Positions 11,422 through 25,301 of a DNA stretch of 64,000 nt are shown one piece after another. A program made the translations under genes and the position numbers. How positions within the stretch are numbered: position 1 is the stretch's first letter; each line of letters starts with the position of its first letter. Source of the stretch: Utricularia gibba (Eukaryota; Plantae; Magnoliophyta); contig NEEC01000026.1 of NCBI GenBank assembly GCA_002189035.1, forward strand, positions 434,001 through 498,000, in the 5' to 3' direction. The notes beneath the pieces were generated by a model. That model was not told the DNA's origin, did no database searches, and was given only the letters and a program-made list of their open reading frames with translations.

Positions 11422-14400
11422 ATGGTTTGATGTTCTCTGAATCTGTGTATTCCATTTTATCAGTTCTAGTAGCAGAAGTGATCTTTACTCCCTGATAATG
11501 AAAGTTGAATCATGTAGGACAAGGATGGAGGTTTAATTCATCGTGATGTCGAGAGCCTTCTTGGGAAGCAACATTCAGGTTCTGGGTGCTGATTGCTTAA
11601 ACTTGTTTTTTTCCTTCAGTGAGTATTAGCAGCATTCTCTGCTTCTGTGGTAGATTCTTCGATGGATTTGAGTTCCGTAGGAAGCAGCTCCGGTGGCCGT
11701 TCAAAGTGGAAGCTTAAGTATGAATTTTTTTCAACTCCTCTTCGCGTTCCATTGAAATCTATTTGTTTTTCCTGAATTCGGATTCACTAGTAAAAAAATA
11801 TAAAAATAGGTCAGCTGTAACACTTGCATTGACGATACTTACAAGTTCACAATCAATTCTTATTACCTGGTCAAAGAGGGCTGGCCAGTATGACTACAGT
11901 ATCACTACTGCAAATTTCTTGGTTAGCAGATTGTGTTCCATTAAGACGCTGATGGTGTCTCCTGTTATATTTTTGTCTGATGCTTTAATATTCTGCTTTT
12001 CGGTTAGGTGGAGACACTGAAATGTGCATTATCAATTGGATCTCTGGCAATAATTTGGAGGAATGAAGGTGTTACAAAGGATAACAGGTATTGTCTAATG
12101 CTAGGGTTACCTCTGAATATGTACTCCATGGTGATTTTCAAGCAGAATCGTATTCTTCTCTTGATTTCTCTGTTTTTTTTAAAAAGTTTTTCCCCATTTT
12201 TAGGTTGTATACAACATGGGAGGAAGTTAGAGTATACTCTATTCCTGCAGCTCTTTACCTGATCAAAAACTTACTCCAAGTATCTGATTCTTTTATGCTA
12301 AAACTTCACAGGAATTTTTTTTGATCAGCACCATGTCATATGCTAATATGCCATTGTCTTTTTGGCAGTATTTTATCCTTGTATATGTAGATGCTCCGGG
12401 TTATCAAATATTGAAGAGCTTCAATATTATAAGCACTGGCATTCTATTTCGCATCATACTAAGGAAAAAGTAAGCAGCTAACTTACCCTTTTCAACCTGG
12501 AAATGCCAGCTAAGGCCCATTTTTTTTTTATTCAGCCCGTCTCTTGGTATTTATGGTCATATACATCTTGTAGCTCTTTAATGGCCTGTTTCATCTGTTT
12601 CTTGAGTAATTTTGAATTCATATATTGTGGGCAATGACCTTCTCCATGCAACCAGTTTACTACGATAAGTTTTTTACAGGATGAGTGAAATACAATGGGC
12701 AGCGTTCATTTTATTAGTTGCTGGGTGTACAACAGCACGACTTAACCCAAGGTAAGCGTTTTTCATGTCATTTTAACGTGTTAGTTTTCTTCTATACAGT
12801 ACTTTAATGTTGGCTAATAGTTTTCTGCATTTTTTTGCTACTGAATCAAGCTTCTATCATATCCTTAGGTATTATGTACACCACTATTTTTTTCAAGTCC
12901 TAACCATATTTCTGGTATTTTCCTTTTTCTCATTCAGTTCTGAGCGAGTACTGCAAACACCATTTCAGGGCTGGCTAATGGCAATCGTAAGTTACTGGAT
13001 TCATGTCTTCAATCTGCTTCAACAAATCCTACTCATTTAGTATACAAAAGGCAGAAATAATGTCATGGCAGGAGACAAAATCCTTTCATTTTCATATTCT
13101 ATGAATAATTACAATTTTATATCTCAGAACACGAATTGCTTTGAGGGAGATTGCTGGTAACTATCATATCCAGGACTTGTTAAAGAAATTTCCTAGTAAT
13201 CAAATGTATATGCTGACAGTTCGACATTGGAATATTTCCTAACCTTCTCCCGATTATCATTTCAGATCATGGCACTTCTGAGTGGATTTGCAGGTGTTTA
13301 CACCGAGGTAAAATATATATAGCATCCTTTGGTTATTACAGAACAAAATATACATGTTTCACAAGTTTTTTTTGTCTCCGTTTATCTGCAGCCAAGTTGC
13401 ATGCTTTTCCTTCTCTCACTTTTTTTTAATGGATAAGTGCATCATACTACGAGCATATCATATTTTTCGTTTTCTGTTTTTGTGCAGGCTATCATTAAAA
13501 AAAGGCCTTCGAGGAACATAAATGTTCAGAACTTCTGGTTGTATATCTTTGGGATGTTCTTCAACGTCATTGCAATTTTTGTTCAAGATTTTGATGCTGT
13601 TGTGAACAAGTAAATCTTCAACTTGCAGTTTCTTTTGGTGATTCCAATTAGCATTCCAGACGTTTTGTACAGAATTGCATGCCGTGTTTCTCATTGCAGG
13701 GGATTCTTTCATGGATATTCAGCCATTACTGTTGCCATGATCATTAACCATGCTCTGAGGTTATTTGTTTACTCTTGCCATCTCTTGAAGCTCTACATTA
13801 ATAAAATTAAGAAAAGCCAAGAAACCCCATGTGACTCTGAATGATTGAAAAAGGGTTTTTCTGTGGTATTTGAGAAATCTTGGTGTCACATCACATGTTT
13901 TAAATAAATTTCTTTGCGCTATTCATTTTTTTTATTGAGTCGTTACGGTATCGTCACTTTTCTGATTTTTCCATTGCAGTGGACTTGCTGTTTCAATGGT
14001 CATGAAATATGCTGACAATATAGTCAAGGTAAAAACTTTTTAAACTGTACAAAGTCAATTAAGTTCCTTGTTGAGGCAAAATCAAAATTCTATATTCATG
14101 AAAGCGTTTCATTCCTGGTAACGAAATTCATTTTCGTTCCCTCTGCATGTGTACTGTGCCGCAGCTCCAGTGCTTTCAGGATCAAAAAAATGAACTTGGT
14201 GGTTGTTATTTTGCAGGTTTATGCAACATCTGTTGCTGTGATATTGACTGCATTTGTGTCCTTTTTTATGTTCGGGTTTGAGCTTTCCCTCTCATTCTTT
14301 CTTGGTTCCACGTGAGTATACTGGTTCAATTTACATGTTCAACCTTAGTATGATCATAGTTTGTAAGGCATTCTCGTGGCGTTTCTGCAGAGTTGTTTCG

Positions 14401-14442
14401 GTAGCAACCTACTTGCACTCCGTTGGGAAGGTCCAGAAATGA
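11422..14442 (+). CDS. CMP-sialic acid transporter 4-like nucleotide-sugar transporter (SLC35A family); start uncertain
   Basis: Many short exons encoding SAVTLALTILTSSQSILITWSKRAGQYDYSITTANFL, VDAPGYQILKSFNIISTG, KKRPSRNINVQNFWLY, MKYADNIVK and VVSVATYLHSVGKVQK*; matches the At4g35335 type from memory. Confidence 0.9.
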
Positions 14443-14830
14443 TCGATAGCAAGTTTTTGAGCTATTCAATGAGTTGCGTTATTTTGCTGGATGGTGCTAG
14501 TTTACATTCTGAGGTATGCCATAACCTGTAGGGATTATTTGCTTTGAGATATTGAAACCATGGTGTTGATTTTAGATTTTTACGCATGAACGACAAATTA
14601 TCACAGATAACTGCATTTCAACGAACAAATTAACAAAACCATTGTGATAGCTAGGAGCTCTCAAGGGCTCAGCAATACCAATGCAACAACCCCAGCAAGC
14701 AAGAATTTTCAAGGGGTGGCAGACAAAGTTCACAACACAGCACGCATCATAAACTGTTCATACTCTTGAATCCAACACCAAGCACAGAAAAAAAAAGAAT
14801 GGAGCACAGATGTAAATAAAATCATCTTCG

Positions 14831-17800
14831 TCATTTGTGGTTTGATGGGCTCTTCTTCTTGAGCATGCTCCCAAACTTGCGAAATAAAGCCTTCTTCTTC
14901 TTCTGACTACTGCTCTGCTGCTCCGTTGGGGAGCCGGAGCCATTATCCATTCCATCTTTGAAGTACACCTCATTTACTTGGTCGTAGCCATCTGCATCTC
15001 CGGCTTTGGAGTCTACTTCATCTTCAACAGAATCATGACCTGTCTCTCCTCGAGGTTTGTCTTTCTCTGGAGTCTTGCAGTCTTCCCAAGCCTTATGATT
15101 ACCTTCTGCAGAATCGGAATCAAGTCTTTCATTCCCGTAATCTGTTATCTTTCCATTTGAGCCGTTGACTTCAGAAACTGTCACACCGTCATGGCATTTT
15201 TTAAGATCGGGTGACTTTTCATTTTCCGCAGCATGCAGCTCTCTTTCTTGTGGTGAAGTCTCCTCCTTGGAGATCATCCCCACTGATCCATTTTGTTCAG
15301 AAAATTCCACCACCTTTGGAAGAACATCGTAATCTTTTTCACTTTCTGTCAGGTCACCATTTTCCTTTCCATGAAGCTTGGCAAGAGCATCTTCGAGTAA
15401 TTTGGACAACTCTTGAACCTTTTTCTCTGAATCACTTTCTTTTCTCTTCAACTCATCATTCTCTTGAAGGATGTTCTGTACTTCATTATCTTTGTCAAGA
15501 AGGCACTCTTTATATCGCATGCTCTCAGCCTTTGCTTCACCCAGGACATCTTTAAGATACGCGATTTCTGATTCAGCTTCCGTTAAGGAGTTTTTCCATT
15601 GGCTAACCTCTTCCCTAGTTGCACAAGCTTCTTCTTCAGCGTTCTTCAGCAAATTCACAAGCCGGCAAATTTCTTTGTCCATAGAGCACTTATCTTCCTC
15701 AGATTTTTTCAGGGCGTCCACCAGATGAAGCTCCTTCTGCTCCCATTCGGCCTTGAAGTTCTGGTGATCATGATTTGACTCTTCAATGGAGTTATTGAGT
15801 GCAACGGCTTCCCTTTTTGCATCATCGAGTAAATTTTCATACTTCTCATTGGTGGCTTTTAGAACCAACTTCAGATCTTCTATTTGAGACTCATAGTTTT
15901 CATGCTCAACTTGAATAGACAACAATTTTTCCTTGACGTCTCTTGCTTCTGCTGAAACTTCATGTAATGCTGAAGCTAAGCTTTCCAGCGCTTTCTTGGT
16001 TTTCTCTTCTTCATCCCTGGAAGTTTGCAAATCATCAATAAGCTTGTTTTTCTCTTCCAACAGGGTCTGAACGCTAGCAGCAGCAAGCTTTTCATTATCC
16101 AAGGAATGAAGCTTCTCTTCTTTTACAGCTTCAAGCTCTATGGCAAGGGATTCGACCTTCTTCGACATTTCAGAAGCTTCTTGCTTTGCAAGTTCCACAC
16201 GGCGCTCTAACCCCTCCAGATCACTCTTATGCCTTTTCGATGCAATCCCCAGCAGGCCCACCTCTTCTTTAAGTGCTGCATTCTCAGATTCAGCAGCATG
16301 CAACAAATCATTGCTCCTTTCCAGCTGCTTCATAACAGATTCCAGGGACTCTGACGCTGATATCTCCAACCTTTTGGCATGCTCAGCCTGAGAAGCCAGT
16401 TCTTCCGACCTCTCATGCAACTCATCGACTAAATTACGTGCGTACGACTCAGCCATTCTTGCTGCCTCGAGATCAACATTGAGTTGCTCCAAGGCAGCAT
16501 CTTTCTCTGCCAAACTTAACTCCATTTGCTTGGCCTTTTCAACTTCTTTTCTGAATGATGCTACCTCCTGCTCTAATTTCTCTGCCAACCCTAACTCCAG
16601 TTGTTTGGCTTTCTCAAGTTCTCTTCTCAAAGACACTACCTCCAGTTCAGATTTCTCTGCCAACTCCAACTCCAGCTGTTTGGCCTTTTCAAGTTCTTCC
16701 CTTAACGACTCTATCTCTAGTTTGGATTTCTCTGCCAACTCTAACTCCATCTTTTTGGCCTTTTCAAGTTCTTTTCTCAAAGCCTCTACCTCCAATCTTG
16801 ATTCTATCTCAAACTTCTTGCTCTCGCTTTCCACCATGTCAGCTTGATGATGAAGCATCGATTTCACATTCGCCAGCTCGGCTGACAGAGCCTCAACTTT
16901 TTCTAGATTAGCCTCTGCAATCTTGGTTGCCTCTTCAGCATGATGCAAAGCCTGGTTTTTAGCATCAGATGTCATCGCTAGCTCTTGACTCACCTTCTGA
17001 AGCTCCTGAGTGGTTGTTAGCAGTGCAGCAACATCAGCAGCATGCTGACTTCTCACGACCTCAAGCTCCTTTGCCCAATCCTCTTCCTTCTTCTGCGCAG
17101 CTTCAATGTTGGCTTCCATTTCAACTGCTCGAAACTTCTCAATCTCTGAATCCTCTTCCGCCTGTTTTTGGGCCATCAAGGCCTCCGTGAGCTTCTCATT
17201 GGCTTCATCTGCCAACCTCTGGGATTGCCTCAAATCTTCCAGAGCCTTTTCCTTTTCTTTTTCAACCGAAATGAGCTTCTCCTTCGCCTCACTGAGGCTT
17301 TCCAGAGCTTCATCTAGTTGGGATTGAAGATCCGATGCTTTTATGATGCGGGGTGTCTTTTTCTAAAAAGAACAAAAGGATCAGACGATAAACAAGTTTC
17401 TTCATGTAAAGTTAAGACATGTGGAATCGAAAAAAAAATGTTTAAGAGCATACGTCGGTCGGGGTGGTGATGTTTGGAGACCGCCCCACAACTGGTTTCT
17501 TGGCTGCAACGGGTCTGGGAGATTTATCAACAGAAGAGCGCACATTTTGCAGGGGGGACGCTGAATCAGGATCCGATTTAGCCACAACCCTGGTTTTGGC
17601 AGTCCGTGGAGTAGCTGGTGATACTTTAATGCTGGAACCATCAGAGAGAGAGACAGACAAAGCAAACACTTTTCATTAGAGAACACCGCCCAGATAGACG
17701 CAAGATCTACAAACGCAATTTCAACAAGTTGCAGACAAACTCATCTCCACAAAGTATGCAATTCAGTCAAGACACAGCGAGGATAATCTCTAGGGAAATG

Positions 17801-17982
17801 AAGAACAAAAAAACAGGATTCTGATGAAATGGGCAACATAAAGAGCAACTCCCCAAAATCACCAAATGACAATGAGAAAGTGCAGATTCAGGGCCGATAA
17901 GTGGATCTGTGTAAAAGCATGAAAAACCAGCAAAGATCCAACTACAGATCTCCGTGAAGGCTCACTTGGGCTTAGCAGACAT
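14831..17982 (-). CDS. WEB-family coiled-coil protein (At5g16730/At3g02930-like), about 908 aa
   Basis: Exons 17982-17966, 17631-17454 and 17362-14831. Motifs SPATPR, EIEKFRAVE, LNVDLEAARMAES, ESLASALHEVS, ESEKDYDVLPKVVEFSEQNG and C-terminal KKKKALFRKFGSMLKKK. The N-terminal splice choice is slightly uncertain. Confidence 0.9.
16502..16795 (-). repeat. Intragenic 75-bp (25-aa) tandem repeat, 4 diverged copies
   Basis: TTTCTCTGCCAA recurs at 16502, 16577, 16652 and 16727; protein unit approximately LEVESLRKELEKAKQLELELAEKSK. Confidence 0.9.
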
Positions 17983-19028
17983 GACCAGCAAGTATCCCCT
18001 GAAGATCCCTGCGGAGAAAAATTGGATTCTTTTTTCCCCAGCAAGAATACAAAATGCAAGACTGCTACCAGGTTCCTGCAGATAGATTTGATGGATAAAT
18101 AGATACAAGCATGCTTCTTTAACCGAAAAATCACAGACCCAGTAAAAAAGAAAAAGAGTGTGGGGTACGGGGAACCAAACACAATGTGGGTTAGATGCGA
18201 TATTTTGCCACTTGAGTGACCACACCACACACCTAGAGAGAGCGAAAACTAAATACAACACCCTCCCCACCCCCCACCTTCTCTCTCTCTCTCTCTCTAT
18301 CTCAACGTTGCAGGAGATGAAGAAGAAGAAAGCTCTTCACAAGTCACACCCAGAACCTTGTCGGCGACAATGAAAGAGCCTCCACATGCCCATTTCTCTC
18401 TCTCTCTTTTTGCGTTTAAAAAATAAAGTTTTTTCTTCCCTTTTTTCTTTTTCTTTATATTTACACGTAAAATTCAGACACTAATTAATCGCCCTTTTCC
18501 GCCGATTTAGTATACTAAATATTTGGTACACACGATAGTTCTATATAATTACAATTAGTGGGCGGATTAGAGATAAAGCTTCCGGTTTACGCCACAAAGC
18601 AAGCACTTGATGATTGCTTTGGTACGCCAGGGAGATGCCGAGGGCACAACCACCTAATCATCGCAATTAGGTGATAATGATCAGCAGAACTAATAATCAT
18701 CACAATTACATAATACTGGTAATTAATTCATTTAATTTCATGGTCCCCAACATAGGGAGGGATTCATTTCCAGCAGAATAATGCTCAGCAGCTACTTGAT
18801 TGCTAGTGTCGGTAAAGTCTCATAATTGTCCAAAAAGCAAAAACACTCCACTACGCGCATGTAAAGAGAGAAGGGCTGTGGACAACTTTTTTCAAAGAGA
18901 GTAAGTTTGTTTAGTTGTACCTGTTTCCTCGTTCAGGGTTCAGGAAGCAAATATCCCAACAGCAGCGCAGCGCTGTCAGCAGGAAGACCACGAGCTTGGG
19001 GCAGCCTTTGTGATGCGGATAGCTGAGT

Positions 19029-20244
19029 TTATTTGGTTGGTTTTCCTCGCAGAGAAGCTTCTTCAACATCTGTATCAATGGGAACCTGAGCAAGTTTGGC
19101 TCCTCTCAAGCGGGAAGAAACGCTGTCGATAGCTGAGTTTAGTTGGTTGATTTTCTCGTTCAGGGTCTCCCTGGTTTTCTGCGTACCACAGCGTAAGTAG
19201 TGATGAGGAAAGGATCTCAAAGCCAAGGCCTCGGCCAAACGTACCTCTAGGCCTTCATCATAGTCAATCGGTCTCTTAGCACGGCTGAAGCCGTACTCAT
19301 CTTCATTTAGTAGTGATCTTCTGATCTAAAGATTCCAGAAAAGGCGCATTAGAGTTTGCTGACATTCAGGATACAAGATTGAACAAAAAATGCAGGATGC
19401 CATGAGGGATGCTACTTCGAGTTCAGCGGATGGAGACAAGTGCAACATCCTTAAATCACACACATCAATCACCTGTGGAGAAAATATATATGCAAGAGTT
19501 CCAAACACAGCACCTCCAAGAAGGAAGCCTGCAGCGAAGTCAGCACCACTCCCTCCTCTCTGGTCACTACTTGCAGAATTAAAAATTGAAACTTGAGGGT
19601 AAATGATACAACTGCCATGGTTTTACTATTAAAGTCAGTGAGTTCAAGCACAGAGCAAGTTCAGGGTATCAACGACAAAAATGCCACCCAGTACTATAAA
19701 ATCACTATCCCAGTGCGAGAATGGGTGGGTCACTTACAGTCATGTACACAAATTAGTTACAAGCCAATAAGAAAGGCTTTTAAGCCAAAAAATGCCGACT
19801 TGTGTAAAACGACTTTTTTTCTACATGCATTAATCTACATAAGAACAACCAGAAAACCTCATACTTGTAATGAGCACGAACGGAGAGGTCTCTCTTGGTA
19901 TGAGAGCGCGCATTCTTGGGCATTTTCAAACTCTGGGTCATAGAGCAAGCACCTGACGTCGTGGGAGATAAACTGCAACTCTTGAATTGTTTTCCTCCTG
20001 ATAAAATGGAACATCAAAACCACTGTAAATTCTGAAATTCACCTCCGTGGCCTCAGAATCCAGAAATTGGTTCGAATATTCAGCATTCTACGCTACACGC
20101 GGTAAGCCAAATCGATAAACAAGAAGCGTATCATCAGGAATTACGAGCTGAATATAAAAACCACAAAGCACGTCAGAATTTTGTGGAATATAAACATGTA
20201 AAGGCAATGATACCGGAAAGGGATATCGGGGACCCAGTGGCCAT
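19029..20244 (-). CDS. Chloroplast inner-envelope membrane protein (At1g42960/At3g02900/At5g16660-like)
   Basis: Exons 20244-20214, 19952-19865, 19569-19473, 19325-19245 and 19178-19029: MATGSPISLSG..DFAAGFLLGGAVFGTLAYIFSPQ|IRRSLLNEDEYGF..DEGLE|KTRETLNEKINQLNSAIDSVSSRLRG. Confidence 0.88.
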
Positions 20245-20591
20245 AGGAAAACTTGTTCCCAAGCCAAGGCGGAGTCGTAGAGATGAGCAACCAACCCTAG
20301 AAGGAAAGGATTAGCGATTGCGATTGTAAACCCATGATTATTGTAATTTGAATTTAATGACTGGCACTCCAGATGCCCGTGGTACAGCGACAGCTGTCTC
20401 CGTGGACCAGTCAAGGAGAGCGAGAGCGAGGCTTCTTTGTTTTTTAATATTATTTTGAGAAGAAGTTGGAATTGGAGTGGGGAACCGCACCGCCCCCACA
20501 AGAAAAGGATACTGCCGTCGACCACTACGCCGCCGACTTTTCCTCGCCCCAAAATTGGTTAACCTATTTTATCAAAAATACTCAATTTTTA

Positions 20592-22180
20592 TGACGTGAT
20601 TGTGCAATTGAATATAAACCATCGAATTAATAAAATAAGATTGTATACACAAGAAATTATTATTGAAATTTTCTTTTCAATCAAATACTGAAAACAAAAT
20701 GAAAGATTTGGGTTTAAAACAATAATAAAAGTGACCTTAAGTTTAAAATTCATCTTGTTCAAAATTCGCTTTTACGTGTGTGCAAACCTTGAAGATTGAC
20801 TTGCTTGCACAAACTTTGAGAGTATTATTCTAAAATAGTGCTATTTGGTGACCATTATAGCACTGTCTCTTATTTTGTAGGGTTATAGAATTAATCATGT
20901 CACAAGAGTCATTTCAATTTTTGTGATAACCCATGTTTTTCACACACTCAAATCTAACCCCTACACCTCACACCTTGGAAACAAATTAGACATAATGTGT
21001 CTTACCAACGATGTTCGATTGAGCCCTTCTTTTTAGGTGTTTGAGGCCAACCTTTGATTCTCTCACACTCACTTCAAGTTATGTGATACTAAAGAGTATG
21101 TTGATAAGGAAAAATGTTGCGAAAAACAGAATCAAACCTCAAATTAAATGTTGAAAAACATAATAAAACAGTCACACGCACAAGACTTGCGCAAGCAAGG
21201 CTTCACAACAGATCCTTAGCCACAAGTGCTCACAACAAAAGTTAATGAAAAATGAAAGGAAAGGAATCCAAAACATGCTAGACTCAACTCTAAACTCTAA
21301 ATTGACTCTCTGAACGTCGACTCCTTCGATCTTCGGGTTTGGATTTTTATATAATGGTGGGGATTTGTTGTGCTTTCTAGATGGGCTCATATCAAATCTT
21401 CCATCTGTATCTTCCAAGATTTGATACGGATCTTCTAAAATAAAACTAAATTTTCTAAGATAAGATGCGAATCTTATCTTATCCAATAATCTTTGACCGA
21501 GTCTTCATCCGATTAGACCAAATCCTTGACTCCATCAAAGTCAACTCGAAAATCCTCCAAATTATGCCACAATTGTCCTGAAAAATCACAAAACACACTT
21601 TTTCTCCCAAAAAGATCATAATGGCATGAAAGATATAAAATTCTTCTAAAAACATAAGGAAAACGAGATAAGAAAGAATGCAAACCACATCTCAGTGAGT
21701 CTCAAAAGGCACAAATATAAGTAACACAAAATTACTTATCAACTCTCCCACACTTAAATGTTTGATTGTACTCAAACAATTGTTCAATGCATTTTCCTCT
21801 AAAATAGTAACTTGTAAATAGAGTTAAAGCAACAATATGCATAAGTTATTTAATGGCATACCATACACTAGTTTCCCTTGCACATAACTACTCCTCATAA
21901 GTGTCACTCAATATGCTCAAGAAGAGAAATCCATAAGAGGAGAATAAAATGAAAAAGGTTCACTCAATAACTGAATGTAGGCGTGTCAATGGACTTGCGC
22001 AAGTGATCTAATGGTTTCAGCAAGCTTGTGCAATCATGAGATCTTTTTCTCGGGTTGTAGTGTGGTAGGAGCTTGGGATAGGTGGGAAATACTGATGAAT
22101 AATCGTAGGTAACTCCTAGTCACTTACAAGCTTGTTAGACGGATACGTCAAGCTTTTACTTATGTCAAAGGTGTTCAATT
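20592..22180 (-). mobile_element. Athila-like Gypsy 3' LTR (family A, 20592-21741) plus adjacent internal region
   Basis: Homologous to 37111-39570 and 55740-56882; the LTR boundary (..TTATCA, 21741) is followed by ACTCTCCCACACTTAAAT, the reverse complement of a PPT; no TSD. Confidence 0.75.
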
Positions 22181-22799
22181 GATGTTTTACCCTTTATAAA
22201 ACTTCTTTGCAATTTACCATACTTAATAAAATATTTTTATAATTTACATTATTACAAATTAAGTTGGATTTTTTATTTTTATTATTCATAATTTTATAGA
22301 ATATTTTATTAATATTCTTTTTTAAAAAATTCAAAATGTAATAATAAAGAATAATAAAATATGCTGCATTGTTTTGAAACATTTTATATAAATAAGATTT
22401 TAATAATATTCTATACTAATGATAAAAAAATGAAATAAATTTTACTATAACATGAATGAATATATTATTCAAAAATTACAAATAATTTTCTTGCCTCTAA
22501 TTTTGATCATTATAAAATCAAAAATAATTTTTATATAAATAAAATAATAAGAAGTTATTTTGTACATATAACTATTTTATTTATCAAAAAGTAAAAATAG
22601 ATTTTAATACTTTTTCATAATATTATATAATGATTGAAATAAATAAATTACTTATTGAAAAATATAAATTAAAACAATACAAATGTATAATATATGAATA
22701 AATTTATTTTTAAAAAAATTTAGATAAAAATTTATTTTGAAGTAGGATCTCTTGTAGGAAGAAAAAAAGAGTTTTGACACAAAACTCTCTCAATTATCA

Positions 22800-24720
22800 A
22801 ACATGTTAGTCAAGGTTCGTCTCAAACCATACCATGCTCTATAGTATGTAATCGTATAATTCATTGACTCATTGATTGCAATCATAATTGTGCTTATTTT
22901 AGTGCAAATATCTTATGAATGAAAATTCCTTAAGATTGTTGCAAGAAATGAAATCTTCGTATCAAATAAATTTATGAGCCTTAATCTACACAAAATACAA
23001 ATTTAGAAAACTTGTATAGTGGATTTCGGGGTCGATCACAAGGAGCTGATGCTTACAACGTGTTTTAGTAGATGTAGAATTTAGAATAAATGTTGTTCTT
23101 AGTTTAAACTCAAACTAATAGTAATAGAAAAACTTGTTAAGTAAAGTCAAATTAAAAGGCAGAAAATAACAAGTGTTGGTTCTAAATACGGGATGATACT
23201 AATATGCTTTAAGGGTATGTAGATGATATGGTCCCAAGCTGCCTAATTTAATTTATCATGTTTCTATATTCACAACTCCAAACAGCCTAACTCTATTCAG
23301 GTCATTCATGATGTTTTCGGCTCATATAGTCTTTAATATCATCACCAACATCGCAATTAAGTCGACCCGCATGCAAAGTGTATAGAATTAGATCTACTTG
23401 GCTCTACTGGTCCTACCCTAGGCTAATACCTGCTATTCAACACCTTAATTCTTTGGTCTACTTCTAAATCAAGCATATGAGTTGTGAAGCTACTTGTTCT
23501 ACTTCTTAGATCTACCCATGGAATGATAGAAAAAAAAAACTAAGAAACAAAGATCAATTGCATTATTAACCCTAGCCCCCATATCACCCTTCTACACCTT
23601 AATGAATCTTCAAAGTTCTAGCTACTTATGTGTGACAAATAAAATAAGATTTCATTGTCATAAATTGAAGAAAATATTATCAACATTATAAAACAAACAG
23701 CCAATGAAAGTAAAATTTCAGCAAACTAAGTAAAATAAAGTGTTTTCTACTGGTCACGACATGAAACAGTAGCACTGAACTGGATTTTAGTAGTGCTCTT
23801 GCGGGTGGGGAGACTTCTTTGTGAGAATCTCCTCCTTCTCCCCTTCTGATCGGTGTTCGTAGTATTGGAGGAGAAGTCTCCTATGTGTCCCTGCTACTGA
23901 AGCTCTTGAAGCTCCCCCTCTCTATGATTCTCTCTCCTCCAAAATTATTTTTCCTCTCTCATTTCCCAAGGTCAATATGATCTCTAACAGTTATGTTGCT
24001 TCTGTCCCTAATTTGCAGACTGCCGTCGTGACAGTGTACTCATTACTCCTTTTATGCTATCTTTTCTTCGACAACCTAATGCTTGCACGAAATCTAGGTT
24101 GCCTCCCATGATTTTTTGGGAGTTGGTGTTAGACTCAAAACACGTTAGTACATAGAATGGATTAAATCAAATGATTTAGTCCATTTGTACACAAAGTTCA
24201 TATATTTACTAAATTATATAAAAGCATTAAAAATTATAAAATAAACAACTATAACATAATTAAAAACTTATAATTTTCATATCATAAAAACAAGAAAATT
24301 GGTGTGCTATCAACATCTTTTTCCATGAATGATCTTGCTATACTAGCAATGTACTGAACTCTAATATTCCGATATTCAAAGTATCTTAGATCATCTCGAT
24401 TGCAGGTGTGATGCAATTTCACCACATTAACTTTCCATTGATCATGTTTTTCATAATAGACATCACGAATCCTTTATCGGCATTCTTATTCTCTTCACTA
24501 TTTGCAATATAGATCCAAAATATTAGGCTCTAAATTATTAACATAGAACTCCTTATTAATTATGATCAAATACTCCAGTATTGTGCTATAAAAAGTCTTC
24601 TTATTTTTGAAAAATTGAGTTCAAGCAATTGAGTATTCAATTTCATCTAATTTTGAAGAATCATTCTCATCCTTTGCATCATCATCAAAATCTGAAGTGT
24701 AATATGGATTTCATTCCCCT
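22800..24720 (-). mobile_element. MULE/MuDR transposase remnant
   Basis: The minus strand gives KHDQWKVNVVKLHHTCNRDD (about 24.4 kb), continuing after the solo LTR as IMIAINESMNYTITYYRAWYG (about 22.85 kb), resembling MuDR W.I..HTC and ISY.KAW motifs. Confidence 0.6.
22913..24312 (-). mobile_element. Solo LTR (family B, Gypsy-like) inside the MULE remnant
   Basis: Reverse-complement homologue of 46480-47871; flanks ATATC (22908-22912) and ACATC (24313-24317) differ by one transition. Confidence 0.75.
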
Positions 24721-25301
24721 TGTTCGTCAGCATTAGAATTGTAATTTGGAAAAAAGAATTTTGATGTTTGATTTAAACAAAAATAAAATGTAATAATTAT
24801 TATTTATCTAAAAGTGAATTCAATTCCACTCAAATTTCTTTTTTTTCTAGTTAGATACTTTTTATCTATGCGAAATCAACTAGTATTTTTTTTATTTCCG
24901 AACCTATATTTTTTAAATTACCAGCTTGATGTTAATTACATATTTACATCTAATAGAAAAAAATTATTTCAACGAGATGAAACATATAATTACATGTAAT
25001 GAGTATTTTTCTAAATTTAATTTCTAACAGTGGTTAGATTTATAAAGAATCCCATCACCTCGTCATCGTCTACGCTACGTACCCGCACGTGGATTAGGCA
25101 CCCCGGCCCAAAGGCGGTAGTGGTGGTCGACGTCAGACACTGGCTCAGGGACAGGGTCGCCAAATGGAATTGGAAATTCTTTTCAAATACCTATTCAAAA
25201 TGGAAACAAGTGTCATAGAGTGCGCCAAAGGCCCTTTTCCTCCCCTATATATAACCTGCTGATTTCTCTTCAATCCCGCAGCAGTACGTCGGGATATTCT
25301 G

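Noticed and set aside
14978-17327. Many plus-strand ORFs antisense to the WEB gene
   Set aside because: Expected shadow ORFs of Glu/Lys/Leu-rich coding sequence; no family motifs.
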